Assembly: GCA_043228905.1 (NCBI GenBank)
Contig: JBHGNT010000022.1
Coordinates: 10,788,001 to 10,852,000 of the forward strand
Reading direction: 5' to 3'
Origin: Azolla caroliniana
Lineage: Eukaryota; Plantae; Polypodiophyta
Length of the DNA stretch: 64,000 nt
Of this stretch, positions 33,451 to 45,797 are shown piece after piece (the stretch's first letter is position 1; every line of letters starts with the position of its first letter). The notes below the pieces were generated by a model that worked only from the letters and a program-made list of their open reading frames with translations, was not told the origin of the DNA and made no database searches. A program made the translations under genes and the position numbers.

Positions 33451-34059
33451 ATAGAGGAGCTTCTTTCACATTTTCATCTTATTTTTCATATTCTCGTGTT
33501 CATCTTTCTCTTGTGGATTCTTTTCTTGCTCATCTTTCTTCTCGTATTTTTGTGTTTATCTTTCTCATGTATATTATTTTCATACACATCATTTTTCGCG
33601 TATTCTCATGTTCATCTTTGTCATGTAGATTTTTTGCATGTTCGTCATTCTTCGTATATTTCATCATTTTAATATATAAAACCATGGTTTTCTTGTATAT
33701 GATTTTTTTATGTGATTCCTTGTCATATTCAAAAAATTTATGTTGCATGTTTATCTTTCTTCCTCTATTTCTTGCTTTTCATATTTGAAATCATGTTATC
33801 ATTAGTTATGAAATTACTAATACAACTCTTGTTGATTTATTATGCTTGCATGTCACATTTGGTAATATTAGTATAAAACTAATTGTAACCTTGATTGCTT
33901 TAATTACTTTCCTTGATACTCTTTTTTAAGTAATACATATAATTGAAAATGGTAGTCATCAATTAGATTGACATGTCTTGTTTACCAATAGACAATATAT
34001 AGTATGTGTAATGCTAAAAAATAGATCTATTAATCAGTCTTTCATTTCTTTTAAGACAA

Positions 34060-37030
34060 TGTAAGTTTTGGCCACAACCCATATTTGGCACAATGAGCTT
34101 GATGTGGTAACTATCATATTGTGAAATGGAAACAAATTTAGGGTATGTAGTAGAAAATATAGGGAATAGACTAGTTAGGAAAAATATTAAGTAGGCATAT
34201 AAGGAGACATATGTTACTATGCTTGTCTTAGAGTTTCAAAAGTAACTCTAGGGGTTCATTCCATGTAAATTTAGGGGTTATGGGCAAAATTCATAGTTCA
34301 AGGAATGTTACATAACAAATTAATAATCTACATTTGAGATGATAAAAAGCATTATCTGATTTTTATTTAACATTAATTTGAGCTTGACCATGCAGATTTA
34401 CTATTTCTTGGACTTACCTTTAATCAACATTAAGTTTGGTTTGATGGTGTAGCCCGACAATTTAAGGCGGCATGGTACTTCTTTTTTATTGCAAGGTAAA
34501 TTGATTATTGTATTTTAAGTACATATAGTTCTAAGTCTATTCAACTAATACTTCATAGGCCTTGAACTATTACTTTAGTTTCCTATGCTTTCTAATCTTT
34601 AATGAAAACTTAGAACTAATTGTATTCAAACTTGTCTACATTACTAATATTAGTTTAGTCTCCTACATTTAGTGTTGTTCAATAAAAACATTTTACTTTT
34701 CTTCCAATGTGCATGAGGACTAATAATGTTTTTACCCATGTTTAGTATTTTTAAATAATAACTTAGTATTGTCCTCCAATGTGCATCAATGCTAATTATG
34801 TATTTACCGATATTTAGTACTTTTAAATAACAATGTAGTATTGTCCTCCCAAGTGCATCAATACTAATTGTATATTTACCTATATTTAGTATCTTTATAT
34901 AACAACTTATTATTGTCCTCCCACGTGCATCGGTACTAATTGTGTATTACCTAAGTTTAATTTTTTAAATAAAAACTTAACATTGTCCCCCCATGTGTGT
35001 CAGTACTAATTTTTTATTCACGTATGTATAATATCTATAAATAATAACTTAGTACTATCCTCCCATGTGCATTAGTACTAATTGTGTATTTACTTAAGTT
35101 TAGTATTTTTAAATAAACACTTAGTACTATCCTCCCATGTGCATCAGTACTAATTGTGTATTTACTTAAGTTTAATATTTTTAAATAAAAACTTAGTACT
35201 ATCCTCCCATGTGCATCTGTACTAATTACATATTTACCCAAATGTAGTATTTTTAAATAAAAACTTAGTACTATCCTCCCATGTGTGTCAGTACTAATTT
35301 TCTACTCACTTATGTTTAGTATTTTAAATAACAACTTAGTACTATCCTCCCATGTGAATCAATACTAATTGTCTATCCACGTGTTTAGTATAGATATAAA
35401 TAAAAACGTACTACTATCCTCCGAATCAATACTAATTGTCTATTCACATATGTTTAGTATCTACATGTAATAACTGAGTACTGTCCTCCCATGTGCATCA
35501 GTACTAACTTACAACATAGTACTATCCTTAATTTACAAGTTAGTACTATCCTCCCATGTGCACAAGTACTGATTATGTTTTAAGCCATGTAAAATATTCT
35601 TAATTTACAACATAGTACTATCCTCCCACGTCTATCAATATTAATTCTATTTTAAGCCATGTTAAGTATTCTTAATTTACAACTTAGTAGTATCCTCTCA
35701 CATGAATCAATACTAATTATGTTTTAAACCATGTAAAGTATTCTTAATTTACAACTTAGTATTGTCCTCCCATGTGCATAAGTACTAATTATGTTTTAAG
35801 CCATGTAAAATATTCTTAATTTACAACATAGTACTATCCTCCCATGTCTATCAGTACTAATTCTGTTTTAAGCCATGTTAAGTATTCTTAATTTACAACT
35901 TACTAATGTCCTCCCACGTGCACAAGTATTGATTATGGTTTAAGCCATGTAAAGTATTCTTAATTTACAACTTAGTACTATCCTCCCACATCGATTAGTA
36001 CTAATTTTGTTTTAAGATATGTTAAGTATTCTTAATTTACAACTTAGTAATGTCCTCCCACATGAATCAATATTAATTAAGTTTTAAGCCATGTTAAATA
36101 TTGTTTGGCTACTTGTGATGTACTAACTTAGTATTGTTACTAATGTTTGTTGGCTACCTGTGATGCAAAACGCCTAGGTACTTCTCATTGACCAACATTA
36201 GGATGCAATGGAAATACTTCAGGTCTGGACATGGAAAGGGAGAGCATGATGGGGCGGAGGTTGTGATCAAGCATGCTCTTATAAGCAAGAAGGTGGATAA
36301 TAAAGGTGCTAAGTTACAAAATGCACATGATGTTGTGGAGTGCCTAACATGGAAGATGTGAAATGATGGTAAGAATAGATTGTTTATTGAGATTCGTGCT
36401 AATGAGTTGGATAGAAGTAAATCATATGGTTGTAAAACCGTGAAAAGGACATGTAAGATCCATTGTTCTTTAGGGTTTTGTCGCAAGAACACAACAAAAC
36501 TACTTCAGTTTATCATGCTTTTGTTCCATGTGTATTATAGGTGAATCTTGGGATGAATGCACCAATCTATCAGTTGCGGAGTCATGGAAGTTGCAGAAGC
36601 TTGAGATTCAACAAGTAGATGATATTCAAGAAAACGAACAGTTAGACAATATTGTATACTACAACCAATGTACACTTTTATTGGAGATCATTTGTAGTGT
36701 TGAAAACTCCTCAAAATGAAGATTTTGAATGAAGACTACTACATTGTGGTGTGCAAGCAAGGGAACACGATATTGAAAGAAGTGGCGAGGGATGGTTGGG
36801 GCAACATGTCCAACGTTGGCGAGTCTATCATCTGTGGAAACTATTATGCAAAGTTGGCACAATGCAAGAACACGTATGCATTATTGGAAGATGCACCCAC
36901 TACCATAATCTATGATGATGCCATTATCACAATCAAGTTCACTATGACTCAAGCAAAGTACAAAATTAAGGGATACAATCAAGATGTACATGAACACATA
37001 TTGGGGGAGTTCTCCCTCTATAATGCTTAG
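34060..37030 (+). pseudogene. Sola2-like transposase with a large intron
   Basis: DDKKH and WFDGVARQFK, then GT-AG intron 34496-36177 joining FIAR|YF…WKYFRSGHGKGEHDG in frame. GT.KIH and SCFCSMC follow. Confidence 0.7.
34740..36110. repeat. 72-bp minisatellite, about 19 copies
   Basis: AGTACTATCCTCCCATGTG at 35051, 35123, 35195 and onward. Confidence 0.92.
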
Positions 37031-37144
37031 AATTTTAACTGTTAATATATTGTAGAAACCTTGTATAATGACCAATGATCTTCAATGTCAAATCTTCATA
37101 TGTAACCTCACAAGTTATCCTAATTAGGGATGACAAATTCATCA

Positions 37145-37865
37145 ATATATATCCTCTTTGGTTTTCCTAAAGTGGTTGGTGCTTATATAGTGTTATATTT
37201 TTCTAGTAATATATTATCCTCTTTGGTTTTCATAAAGTGTTTGGTGCTAATATAATGTTAAATGTTTCTAGTGAGGTATTATCTTCTTTGGTTTTCATAA
37301 ACTGTTTGTTTCTCTTGCACTGTTAATTGTTTCTAGTAATGCATATATCCTCTTTGGTGCTCTTATAGTGTTAAATGTTTCTAGTAATGTAATATCCTCT
37401 TTGGTGTTTGTTAAGTGTTTGGTGCTCTTATAGTGTTAAATGTTTCTAGTAATGGAATATCCTCTTTGGTTTTCATTAAGTGTTTGGTGCTCTTGTAGTG
37501 TTAACTGTTTCTAGTAATGTATTATCCTCTTTTGTTTTCATAAAGTGTTTGGTGCTCTTGTAGTGTTAACTATTTCTAGTAATGTATATATCCTCTTTGG
37601 TGTTCGTTTAGTGTTTGGTGCTCTTATAGTTGTAAATGTTTCTAGCAATGTAATATCCTCTTTGGTTTTTATAAAGTGTTTGGTGCTATTATAGTGTTAA
37701 CTGTTTCTAATACAATATATATCCTCTTTGATCTTCATAACGTATTTGGTGCTCTTATAGTGCTAACTGTTTCTAGTAATGTATATATCCTCTTTGGTTT
37801 TTATAAAGTGTTTGGTGCTCTTATAGTGTTAATTGTTTCTTGTCATGTATATATCCTCTTTTGTT
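37145..37865. repeat. 65-bp minisatellite, about 11 copies
   Basis: ATCCTCTTTGG…GTGTTTGGTGCTCTTATAGTGTTAA…TCTAGTAATG recurs (37394, 37459 and onward). Confidence 0.92.
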
Positions 37866-38459
37866 CACTATAACAACTATTATGCAATGTTGCGACGGTC
37901 CTCCCACATGTATGCTTTAGTAAAAGATACACCCACCGCTATAATCTATGTTGAGGCCATTATCACAATCAAGTTTACTATGACTCAAAAAAAGCACAAG
38001 GTTAAGGGAAGTAAACTGTTTACAAGGTCCCTCAAGAGGTATATGATGTCATAAACATCTTTGGAGTGTAATGGACTCAACATTCATCTTCTCATAAAAC
38101 ATCATATTCATACTTAGAGAGAGATCAAAAAATATCTCTGACATATCAATTCAGTACATAATAAGTATAAAAAAGATATATCATTTCAATATGACAATAA
38201 CAAGTACAGACCATGACCCATAAAATCTTTGGCACTAGTATTTTCTGGTACTTATAATGCATCGAGAACTAATCATCTCCTTCATTGATTTTACATCCTT
38301 CTACATACTACTGAGTGACACTTCATCATTAGAGGCCAATAGGACAACATCAGATGGTTCCCCTCCTCGGATCGGTGGCATCTCCCTTGAGTTTCCTACT
38401 TTATTGTTTATACCAACATCATGTACCTCCTAGGTGTTGTTGGATTCCTCATCCTTCAT

Positions 38460-38885
38460 TTGGTGTGGCTCCTCTTCGTGGGCGGTGGTAGTAATTTTCT
38501 GAGAATCATCCTAGTTGATGTTGTCCACATCTTTCTTAGTACCCATGTACTGCTCTTCGTGGGTGGTAACTGTGTTTTTCACACACACATCCGGGATGGA
38601 GTTGTTCACATCTTTCGCAGTACCCATGTGCTCCTCTTTGTGGGTGGTAGTTGTTTTTTCACTCACTCATCCGGGATGGTGTCATCCATATCTTTCGTAG
38701 CACCCAAGTGCTTTTCTTCATGGGTGGTAGCGGTGTTTTTCGTAGATTCATTCGGGATGGTGTTGTCCACATCTTTCTTAGTGCACATGTCTCTTTGTGG
38801 CTGGTAGTTGTGTTTTTTGGAGACACATCCTGGATGGTGTTGTCCACATCTTTCTTAGTACCCATGTGCTCCTCCTCCTGGAAAA
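38460..38885 (-). repeat. About 80-bp coding-like tandem repeat
   Basis: Five units translate on the minus strand as PP(T/M)K(K/R)STWVLRKMWTTPSRM-like repeats. Confidence 0.7.
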
Positions 38886-39199
38886 TGCTAGAAACCTCAT
38901 TCTTTTTATAGTCGTTCTCCTCTTCTAAATTGAATGTGGTGTTTTCTTCACAATCCTCATGTGTGGTTGCAGTGTTGTCTGAGTCATCCTTTGTGCAAGG
39001 CATAGTCACGATCTCAGAGTCTTCGTCTCTACCCCATATAGTGCATGAATCATCTTCTTGTATTTGTTAATCTCCTCGTTCTTGTCCAACTAAATCTGAA
39101 TGCACCCAACAATACCGGTGTCAATACAAATCTCAATTAACATACAAGGTTAAGGTTCACACTCTTGCCTACTGTTACATCAACGTGATCCTCTACTTC

Positions 39200-40300
39200 T
39201 GTAGACTATGCTAGTACTACCCCACCTAAATATAGAATAGATTCTAGTACTAAACCTACAGTACAACAAATTGTAGAATGAAGTGTGTACTATGTTAGTA
39301 CTAGCTCACCTAAATATAGGATGGATTCTAGTACTACACCAACAGTACACCAAAAGGTCTCCTAAATTTGTACTATGCTTGTCCTAAGCCACCTAAATAT
39401 ATAATGGATTCTAGTACTAAATCAAGTGTACAACTAATTGCAGAATGAAGTGTGTACTATGTTAGTACTAGCTCACCTAAATATAGGATGGATTCTAGTA
39501 CTACACCAACTGTACACCTAAAGGTCTCCTAAAATTGTACTACGCTTGTCCTAGCCCACCTAAATATAGAATGGATTCTAGTACTAAACCAATTATACAA
39601 CTAATTGCAGAATGAAGTGTGTACTATGTTAGTACTAAGTACTAGCTCACTTATATATAGGATGGATTCTAGTACTACACCAACTCTACACATAAAGGTC
39701 TCCTGAAGTGTGTACTATGCTAGTACTAGCCCATTTAAATATAGAATGGATACTAGTACTAAACCAACAGAACACCTAATTGTTGAATTAAATGTGTACT
39801 ATGTTAGTACTAGATCACCTAAATATAGGATGGATACTAGTGTACTACATCAACTATACACCTAAAGGTCTCCTAAATTTGTACTATGCTTTTCCTAGCC
39901 CACCTAAATATAGAATGGATTCTAGTACTAAACCAATTGTACAACTAATTCCAGAATGAAGTGTGTACTATGTTAGTACTAGCTCACTTAAATATAGGAT
40001 GGATTCTAGTACTACACCAACTGTACACCTAAAGGTCTCCTGAAGTGTGTAATATGCTAGTACTAGCCCACCTAAATATAGAATAGATTGTAGTACTAAA
40101 CCAATTGTACAACTACTTACTGAATGAAGTGCATACTATGTTAGTACCAGCCCACGTAAATATAAGATGGATTTTAGTACTCCACCAATTGTATACCTAA
40201 AGGTATCATGAAGTGTGTACTATGCTAGTACTAGCCCACCTAAATATAGAAGGGATTCAATAAGAGTAGCATGTTTAGTACTACAACAACTATACACCAA
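39200..40300. repeat. 83/84-bp minisatellite organised as a 167-bp dimer
   Basis: CACCTAAATATAG at 39307, 39390, 39474 and 39557, with alternating A/B variants. Confidence 0.92.
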
Positions 40301-40513
40301 CTTGTAAATTTAGTTACGATGAATGCACAAGAACTAAACGACATAAATATCGATGCAACATATAGTATATGGAGCGAAACAAGTACTAAACCATGAATTT
40401 TCTATTTTCTGGTATGAATTGTGACCTAAACCATTACTAAAGCAACTATAAAATGGAATCAGAAATACTAAAAAACAGAATAGCAGTATCGCATACCAGA
40501 GGAGTGAACTTTG

Positions 40514-43500
40514 TGATGGAAATAATCGAAACTTTCCAAACTTCACCTCTCGGCCACAACCAAGGAAAACACACGAATCGTTGTTGCAGAAAATGGGAAA
40601 TGCAGTGGACACACGATTTAACGTGGAAAACCCTGTACGGGAAAAACCACGGGAGTACAAGACTCCGAACCAAAACTATGCACAGAGAAGTATACAATGG
40701 CGAGCTGCAAGGCGACGACCTTGAGCTCGCTGTCCTCGCCACAGGCGGCGGAAATACACAGAGGCGTCGACCTCTTCCTCTCTCACGCTCTATCTCTCTC
40801 ACGGCTGCTCTCTCTTCACTCCTCTTGAGTGGAAAAACAGAAAAATGAGTAGCAACTACAAAACTGTTTGCCCTAAGTCATATTTATACACATATGACTT
40901 TAGGGCTATTTACAACTATAGCCTCAAGGGCCCTTGGCAAACATATTCACAGATATGTCCCCGCATCCGGATCTCTCTCCGGGTACATTCGTCGTCCGGC
41001 TCCGAAGTCGGGGTCTTCATCATCCGGTTCCGAAACCGCAACCGGGCTTGTCGTCATTCATCTCCGACATCCGACCATCCCATCCGAAGGGACCGTAATC
41101 CCAACAAACTCCCCCTTCACTTCGGCATGGGATGTCTCTCCAATCCGATCCTCTTCCGGCATGCTTCCAGCTTGTCGGGTGTGAGCACCTTGGTCAGCAT
41201 ATCCGACCCGTTCTCGTCCGTGTGGATCTTTGTCAGCACGAACTCCTTGTCTTCTATCCTTTCCCGGATCCAGTGATATCTTCGCTGGATGTGCTTCGTC
41301 CGGGAGTGATAGGCCGCGTTCTTCGCAAGGTGGATTGCACTCTGACTGTCGCAGTAGAGTCGGTACTCCTCCTGCCGGATACCGAGCTCTCTAATGAAGT
41401 CCTTCATCCATATTATTTCCTTGCCGGCTTCAACAGCCGCCATGTACTCCGCCTCCGTGGTTGACAACGCAACCGTCTTCTGCAGCCTCGACTGCCATGA
41501 AACAGCTCCCCCTGCATACGTCATCACATACCCTGATGTGGACCGGCTGGTATCTGCATCAGCCGACATATCCAAATCGGTGAAGCCGTCGAGTTCGGGC
41601 TTACCGGAGCCGAATCGGAGGCACACGTTTGCCGTGCCCTTCAGGTATCGGAGTATCCACTTGGCCGCGTTCCAATGCTCTTTGCCGGGATTGCTCATGT
41701 ACCGGCTCACCACTCCGACTGCATATCCGATGTCCGGTCGGGTACACACCATTGCGTACATCAAGCTCCCGACGGCAGAGGCATATGGTACTTTCATCAT
41801 GTCCTCCTTCTCAGCCTTTGTCTTGGGGCTCTGCTTGCTGGACAGCTTGCAGTTTGCCGGGAGTGTTGACCCGACCGGTCTTGCTTCCGACATGTTGAAC
41901 CGGTGAAGCACCTTTGTCACGTACTTCTCCTGTGACAGCCACAACTGCTTCTTCTTCCGGTCCCGGATGATGTGCATCCCTAGTATTTGCCTCGCCGGAC
42001 CCAGGTCCTTCATTGAGAAGGTTCGGTGAAGAGCCTTCTTCAGCATCCGTATCTTGACCTGGTCTCGTCCGACGATCAACATGTCGTCCACGTACAGGAG
42101 GAGTATTAGAAAGTCTCCTCCTTCGAACTTCTTCACAAACACGCAGTGGTCGGACTGCGTTTTGAGGTACCCTTCGTCGGTCATGAAAGAGTCGAACTTC
42201 CGGTACCATTGCCGGGGAGCCTGCTTCAGTCCGTAAAGGCTCTTCTTCAACCGGCATACCAGGTGCTCCTTCCCTTTCTTCTCGAATCCTTCCGGTTGCT
42301 GCATGTAGATCTCTTCTTCGAGGTCACCGTGAAGGAATGCCGTCTTCACGTCCATCTGTTCTACCTCGAGGTCCATGCTTGCCGCTATGCTCAGCACCGT
42401 CCGGATGGAGGTCATCTTCACTACCGGGGCAAATATCTCATCGAAGTCGACGCCCTTCTTCTGCTGAAACCCCTTCACCACGATCCTGGCTTTGTATCTC
42501 GGGGGGTTTCCGGCATCTCCCGGTTTCAGCTTGAACACCCACTTGTTTCGAAGTGCCCGCTTTCCTTTCGGCAACTCCACAAGTTCATATGTGTGGTTCT
42601 CATGCAGGGAATCCATCTCGTCCTGCATGGCACTCAACCACCTGCAGCTCTGGGTGTCATGCTTTGCTTCTTCAAAGCTCTCCAGCTCCCCCTCGTCGGT
42701 TAGCAGCACGTGCTCTGGTTCCGGAAATCTCCGGGGGGCCCTTCTCTCTCTTAGAGGATATCTCCGTTCCGGAGCTTCGGTAACCGGTTCTTCCGATTCT
42801 TCTTCATCTGAATCCATTTCGGGATCGGGGCCGGTTCCGGTATCATTTTCATCTTCTTCGGCCGGTTCTGTTTCTTCACCGTCTTCGGCCGGATCCTCGA
42901 GTGCTAACCGGTCCCTTGCCGGTCGGGACTGCTCCTCGTAGAGTTGATCCTCACCGGTCGACTTGGAGCTCTTCATCTTCTTCTCCGACTCCCAGTCGGC
43001 GAGTGTCTTGTTCTCCATGAAGATGATATCACGACTCCGGAATATCTTCTTGTCGACCGGGTCCCATACTCGGTAGCCGAACTCGTCATCGCCGTAATCG
43101 AGGAATATGCATGGCCGGGTCTTTGGATCTAGCTTTCCTCTCCGGTCCTTAGCCACATGCACATATGCGAGACACCCGAACACCTTCAGATGCCGGTAGG
43201 ATACTTCCCTACCGGTCCACACTCTCTGCGGCGTGTCTCCGTCCAAAGGTACTGAGGGTGATCTGTTTATCACGTATGTCGCCGTCGACATTGCCTCAGC
43301 CCAAAACCCCTTGGGTAATTTCGCATGCGCCAGCATACTCCGGACCCTCTCCATTATGGTCTGGTTCATCCTCTCGGCCAGCCCGTTCAGTTCCGGCGTC
43401 TTCGGCACAGTAAACTCGAGCCGGATTCCCTTCGAGCGACAGTACTCCGCGAACTGCCCCCGGTATTCCCCTCCGTTATCCGCTCGTATCGCTTTCAGCT

Positions 43501-45797
43501 TCTTGCCGGATTCCCTTTCGATTCTCGCGTGGAGTTCTTTGAAGACGCACAACACTTGGTCCTTTGTCTTCAACGGTGCCGTCCACAGCTTCCGGCTGTG
43601 ATCATCAATGAATGTTACGAAGTACTGGGCTCCGCCATGTGACTTCGTTTCTACCTGACACACATCAGTGTGCACCAACTCCAATGGTGCGCTACGTCTC
43701 GTCGGTGGCCTTGAGTGGAAGGAGGTTCGGTTCTGCTTACCGGCCAGGCAATCGGTGCACTTCTCCAGGTGCACATGCTTCACTGGAATAAGGTTGTCTT
43801 CTGCAAGCCTCTTCATCCCCTTCTCACTCATGTGGCACAGTCTCTTGTGCCACAGCTCACCGGCAGTGTCGGCTGCCACGTTCAACTCTTCCGGACACAA
43901 CCAGGCATTCATAAGGTACAGTGTGTTGACTTTCCGGGCCCGAGCCACTATCAGGCTTCCCTTGCTGAACTTCATTACGCCGTTCCGGATGCTACCTGTG
44001 TAGCCTTCATCGTCTAGCCTCCCGGCCGAAATCAGGTTCAATCGAACCTCCGGAACGTGTCGGACATCCTTCAACAGCATTTTGCATCCGGTCGGGGTTG
44101 TCAACCACACGTCTCCTATGCCGGCAATCCGGCACGTACCTTCATTTCCCATCCGAACACAGCCATGCTCACCGGCTGTGTAGGATGAGAAGTATCTTCT
44201 TTCCGGGGTCAGGTGGAACGACGCTCCGGAATCGACCACCCAGGTAGTCTCATCGCCGGCAATGTTTAGTTCACCTTCTTCGGTGATGAGCATGATCTCC
44301 TCTTCACTTGTCGCGAGTGCCGTCGTTCCTTTCCGGTCCTGCCCTCGCCGATCCGAACCATTCCGGTCCGTGGCTCCCCGGTAAGCACCGTTCCGTTCCG
44401 AAGACTTCTTCGAATCGGTGTCGTCGGCTCCGTTGTCTTTTCGGTAATGCCGACAATTCTTCCGGAAGTGCCCCGGCTTCCCACAGTGGAAGCATGTGGG
44501 TCTTCCTCTTGACTGCGACCGGGTCCCCGACTTCTCCCGTCTTTGCGGACTCCGGTTCCATTGTCTTCCCCGTTCCGATTTGGTAAGCAGCGCCTTCGAG
44601 TCGGAGGCCGGTTCTTTATCTCTCCGACGCGCTTCTTCGTTCAAAATACTTGTCTTTACCGTTTGTAGGGACAAGTTATCTTCGGTGCAGGAGGTGCTGA
44701 GAGTCAGCACCAAGTTCTCCCAGCTTTCCGGCAATGTACACATCAGAATGATGGCTTGCATTGCATCCTCCAGCGGGAACTTGATCACCGCAAGCTGGTT
44801 CACGAATCCCATGAACGTGCTTACGTGTTCCACCATACTCTCGCCGTCCCGGTACTTGAGGTTCACTATCTTCCTCATCAGGGAGGTCCGGTTCAACGCA
44901 TTCTTCCTCTCATAGAGGCCCGACAGCTTCCGCCACATCTCATATGCGTTGGTGTCGTTCGCCACATGTTGTAGAACGCTCACGTCTACGTATTGCCGAA
45001 TGGTTGCAACGGCTTTCCGGTTCAGAAGCCTCCATTCCGACTCAAGTACCCCCTTCGGTATTTCCGACCTGTCAATCGGTTCGTACAGGTCCCGAATAAT
45101 CAGAAGATCCTCCATCTTGATCTTCCAGTCGGCGTAATTCTGCGCATTCAGCACCATCATCCCCGGCTGCCCGCTGCCGCCGCCTTCCATTTTCTGCAGC
45201 AGCTCGCTCTGATACCAAATTGATGGAAATAATCGAAACTTTCCAAACTTCACCTCTCGGCCACAACCAAGGAAAACACACGAATCGTTGTTGCAGAAAA
45301 TGGGAAATGCAGTGGACACACGATTTAACGTGGAAAACCCTGTACGGGAAAAACCACGGGAGTACAAGACTCCGAACCAAAACTATGCACAGAGAAGTAT
45401 ACAATGGCGAGCTGCAAGGCGACGACCTTGAGCTCGCTGTCCTCGCCACAGGCGGCGGAAATACACAGAGGCGTCGACCTCTTCCTCTCTCACGGCTGCT
45501 CTCTCTTCACTCCTCTTGAGTGGAAAAACAGAAAAATGAGTAGCAACTACAAAACTGTTTGCCCTAAGTCATATTTATACACATATGACTTTAGGGCTAT
45601 TTACAACTATAGCCTCAAGGGCCCTTGGCAAACATATTCACAGATATGTCCCCGCATCCGGATCTCTCTCCGCGTACATTCGTCGTCCGGCTCCGAAGTC
45701 GGGGTCTTCATCATCCGGTTCCGAAACCGCAACCGGGCTTGTCGTCATTCATCTCCGACATCCGACCATCCCATCCGAAGGGACCGTAATCCCAACA
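40514..45797 (-). mobile_element. Ty1/Copia LTR retrotransposon, intact, copy 2 (same family as 2464-8010)
   Basis: LTRs at 40514-41106 (593 bp) and 45221-45797 (577 bp), differing by a 16-bp indel. TSD CTTTG at 40509-40513 and 45798-45802. Met-i PBS at 45206-45217 and PPT present. Confidence 0.97.
41117..45190 (-). CDS. Copia gag-pol polyprotein (1357 aa)
   Basis: Same domain set as copy 1 without the 68-aa duplication. ATG at 45190. Confidence 0.95.
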   Translation of the reverse strand: MEGGGSGQPGMMVLNAQNYADWKIKMEDLLIIRDLYEPIDRSEIPKGVLESEWRLLNRKAVATIRQYVDVSVLQHVANDTNAYEMWRKLSGLYERKNALNRTSLMRKIVNLKYRDGESMVEHVSTFMGFVNQLAVIKFPLEDAMQAIILMCTLPESWENLVLTLSTSCTEDNLSLQTVKTSILNEEARRRDKEPASDSKALLTKSERGRQWNRSPQRREKSGTRSQSRGRPTCFHCGKPGHFRKNCRHYRKDNGADDTDSKKSSERNGAYRGATDRNGSDRRGQDRKGTTALATSEEEIMLITEEGELNIAGDETTWVVDSGASFHLTPERRYFSSYTAGEHGCVRMGNEGTCRIAGIGDVWLTTPTGCKMLLKDVRHVPEVRLNLISAGRLDDEGYTGSIRNGVMKFSKGSLIVARARKVNTLYLMNAWLCPEELNVAADTAGELWHKRLCHMSEKGMKRLAEDNLIPVKHVHLEKCTDCLAGKQNRTSFHSRPPTRRSAPLELVHTDVCQVETKSHGGAQYFVTFIDDHSRKLWTAPLKTKDQVLCVFKELHARIERESGKKLKAIRADNGGEYRGQFAEYCRSKGIRLEFTVPKTPELNGLAERMNQTIMERVRSMLAHAKLPKGFWAEAMSTATYVINRSPSVPLDGDTPQRVWTGREVSYRHLKVFGCLAYVHVAKDRRGKLDPKTRPCIFLDYGDDEFGYRVWDPVDKKIFRSRDIIFMENKTLADWESEKKMKSSKSTGEDQLYEEQSRPARDRLALEDPAEDGEETEPAEEDENDTGTGPDPEMDSDEEESEEPVTEAPERRYPLRERRAPRRFPEPEHVLLTDEGELESFEEAKHDTQSCRWLSAMQDEMDSLHENHTYELVELPKGKRALRNKWVFKLKPGDAGNPPRYKARIVVKGFQQKKGVDFDEIFAPVVKMTSIRTVLSIAASMDLEVEQMDVKTAFLHGDLEEEIYMQQPEGFEKKGKEHLVCRLKKSLYGLKQAPRQWYRKFDSFMTDEGYLKTQSDHCVFVKKFEGGDFLILLLYVDDMLIVGRDQVKIRMLKKALHRTFSMKDLGPARQILGMHIIRDRKKKQLWLSQEKYVTKVLHRFNMSEARPVGSTLPANCKLSSKQSPKTKAEKEDMMKVPYASAVGSLMYAMVCTRPDIGYAVGVVSRYMSNPGKEHWNAAKWILRYLKGTANVCLRFGSGKPELDGFTDLDMSADADTSRSTSGYVMTYAGGAVSWQSRLQKTVALSTTEAEYMAAVEAGKEIIWMKDFIRELGIRQEEYRLYCDSQSAIHLAKNAAYHSRTKHIQRRYHWIRERIEDKEFVLTKIHTDENGSDMLTKVLTPDKLEACRKRIGLERHPMPK

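Noticed and set aside
33241-33788. Hydrophobic 173-aa ORF
   Set aside because: Pyrimidine-rich low-complexity repeat.
34740-40300. Regularly spaced repeats resembling CRISPR arrays
   Set aside because: Whole units repeat with no unique spacers, there are no cas genes, and the context is eukaryotic.
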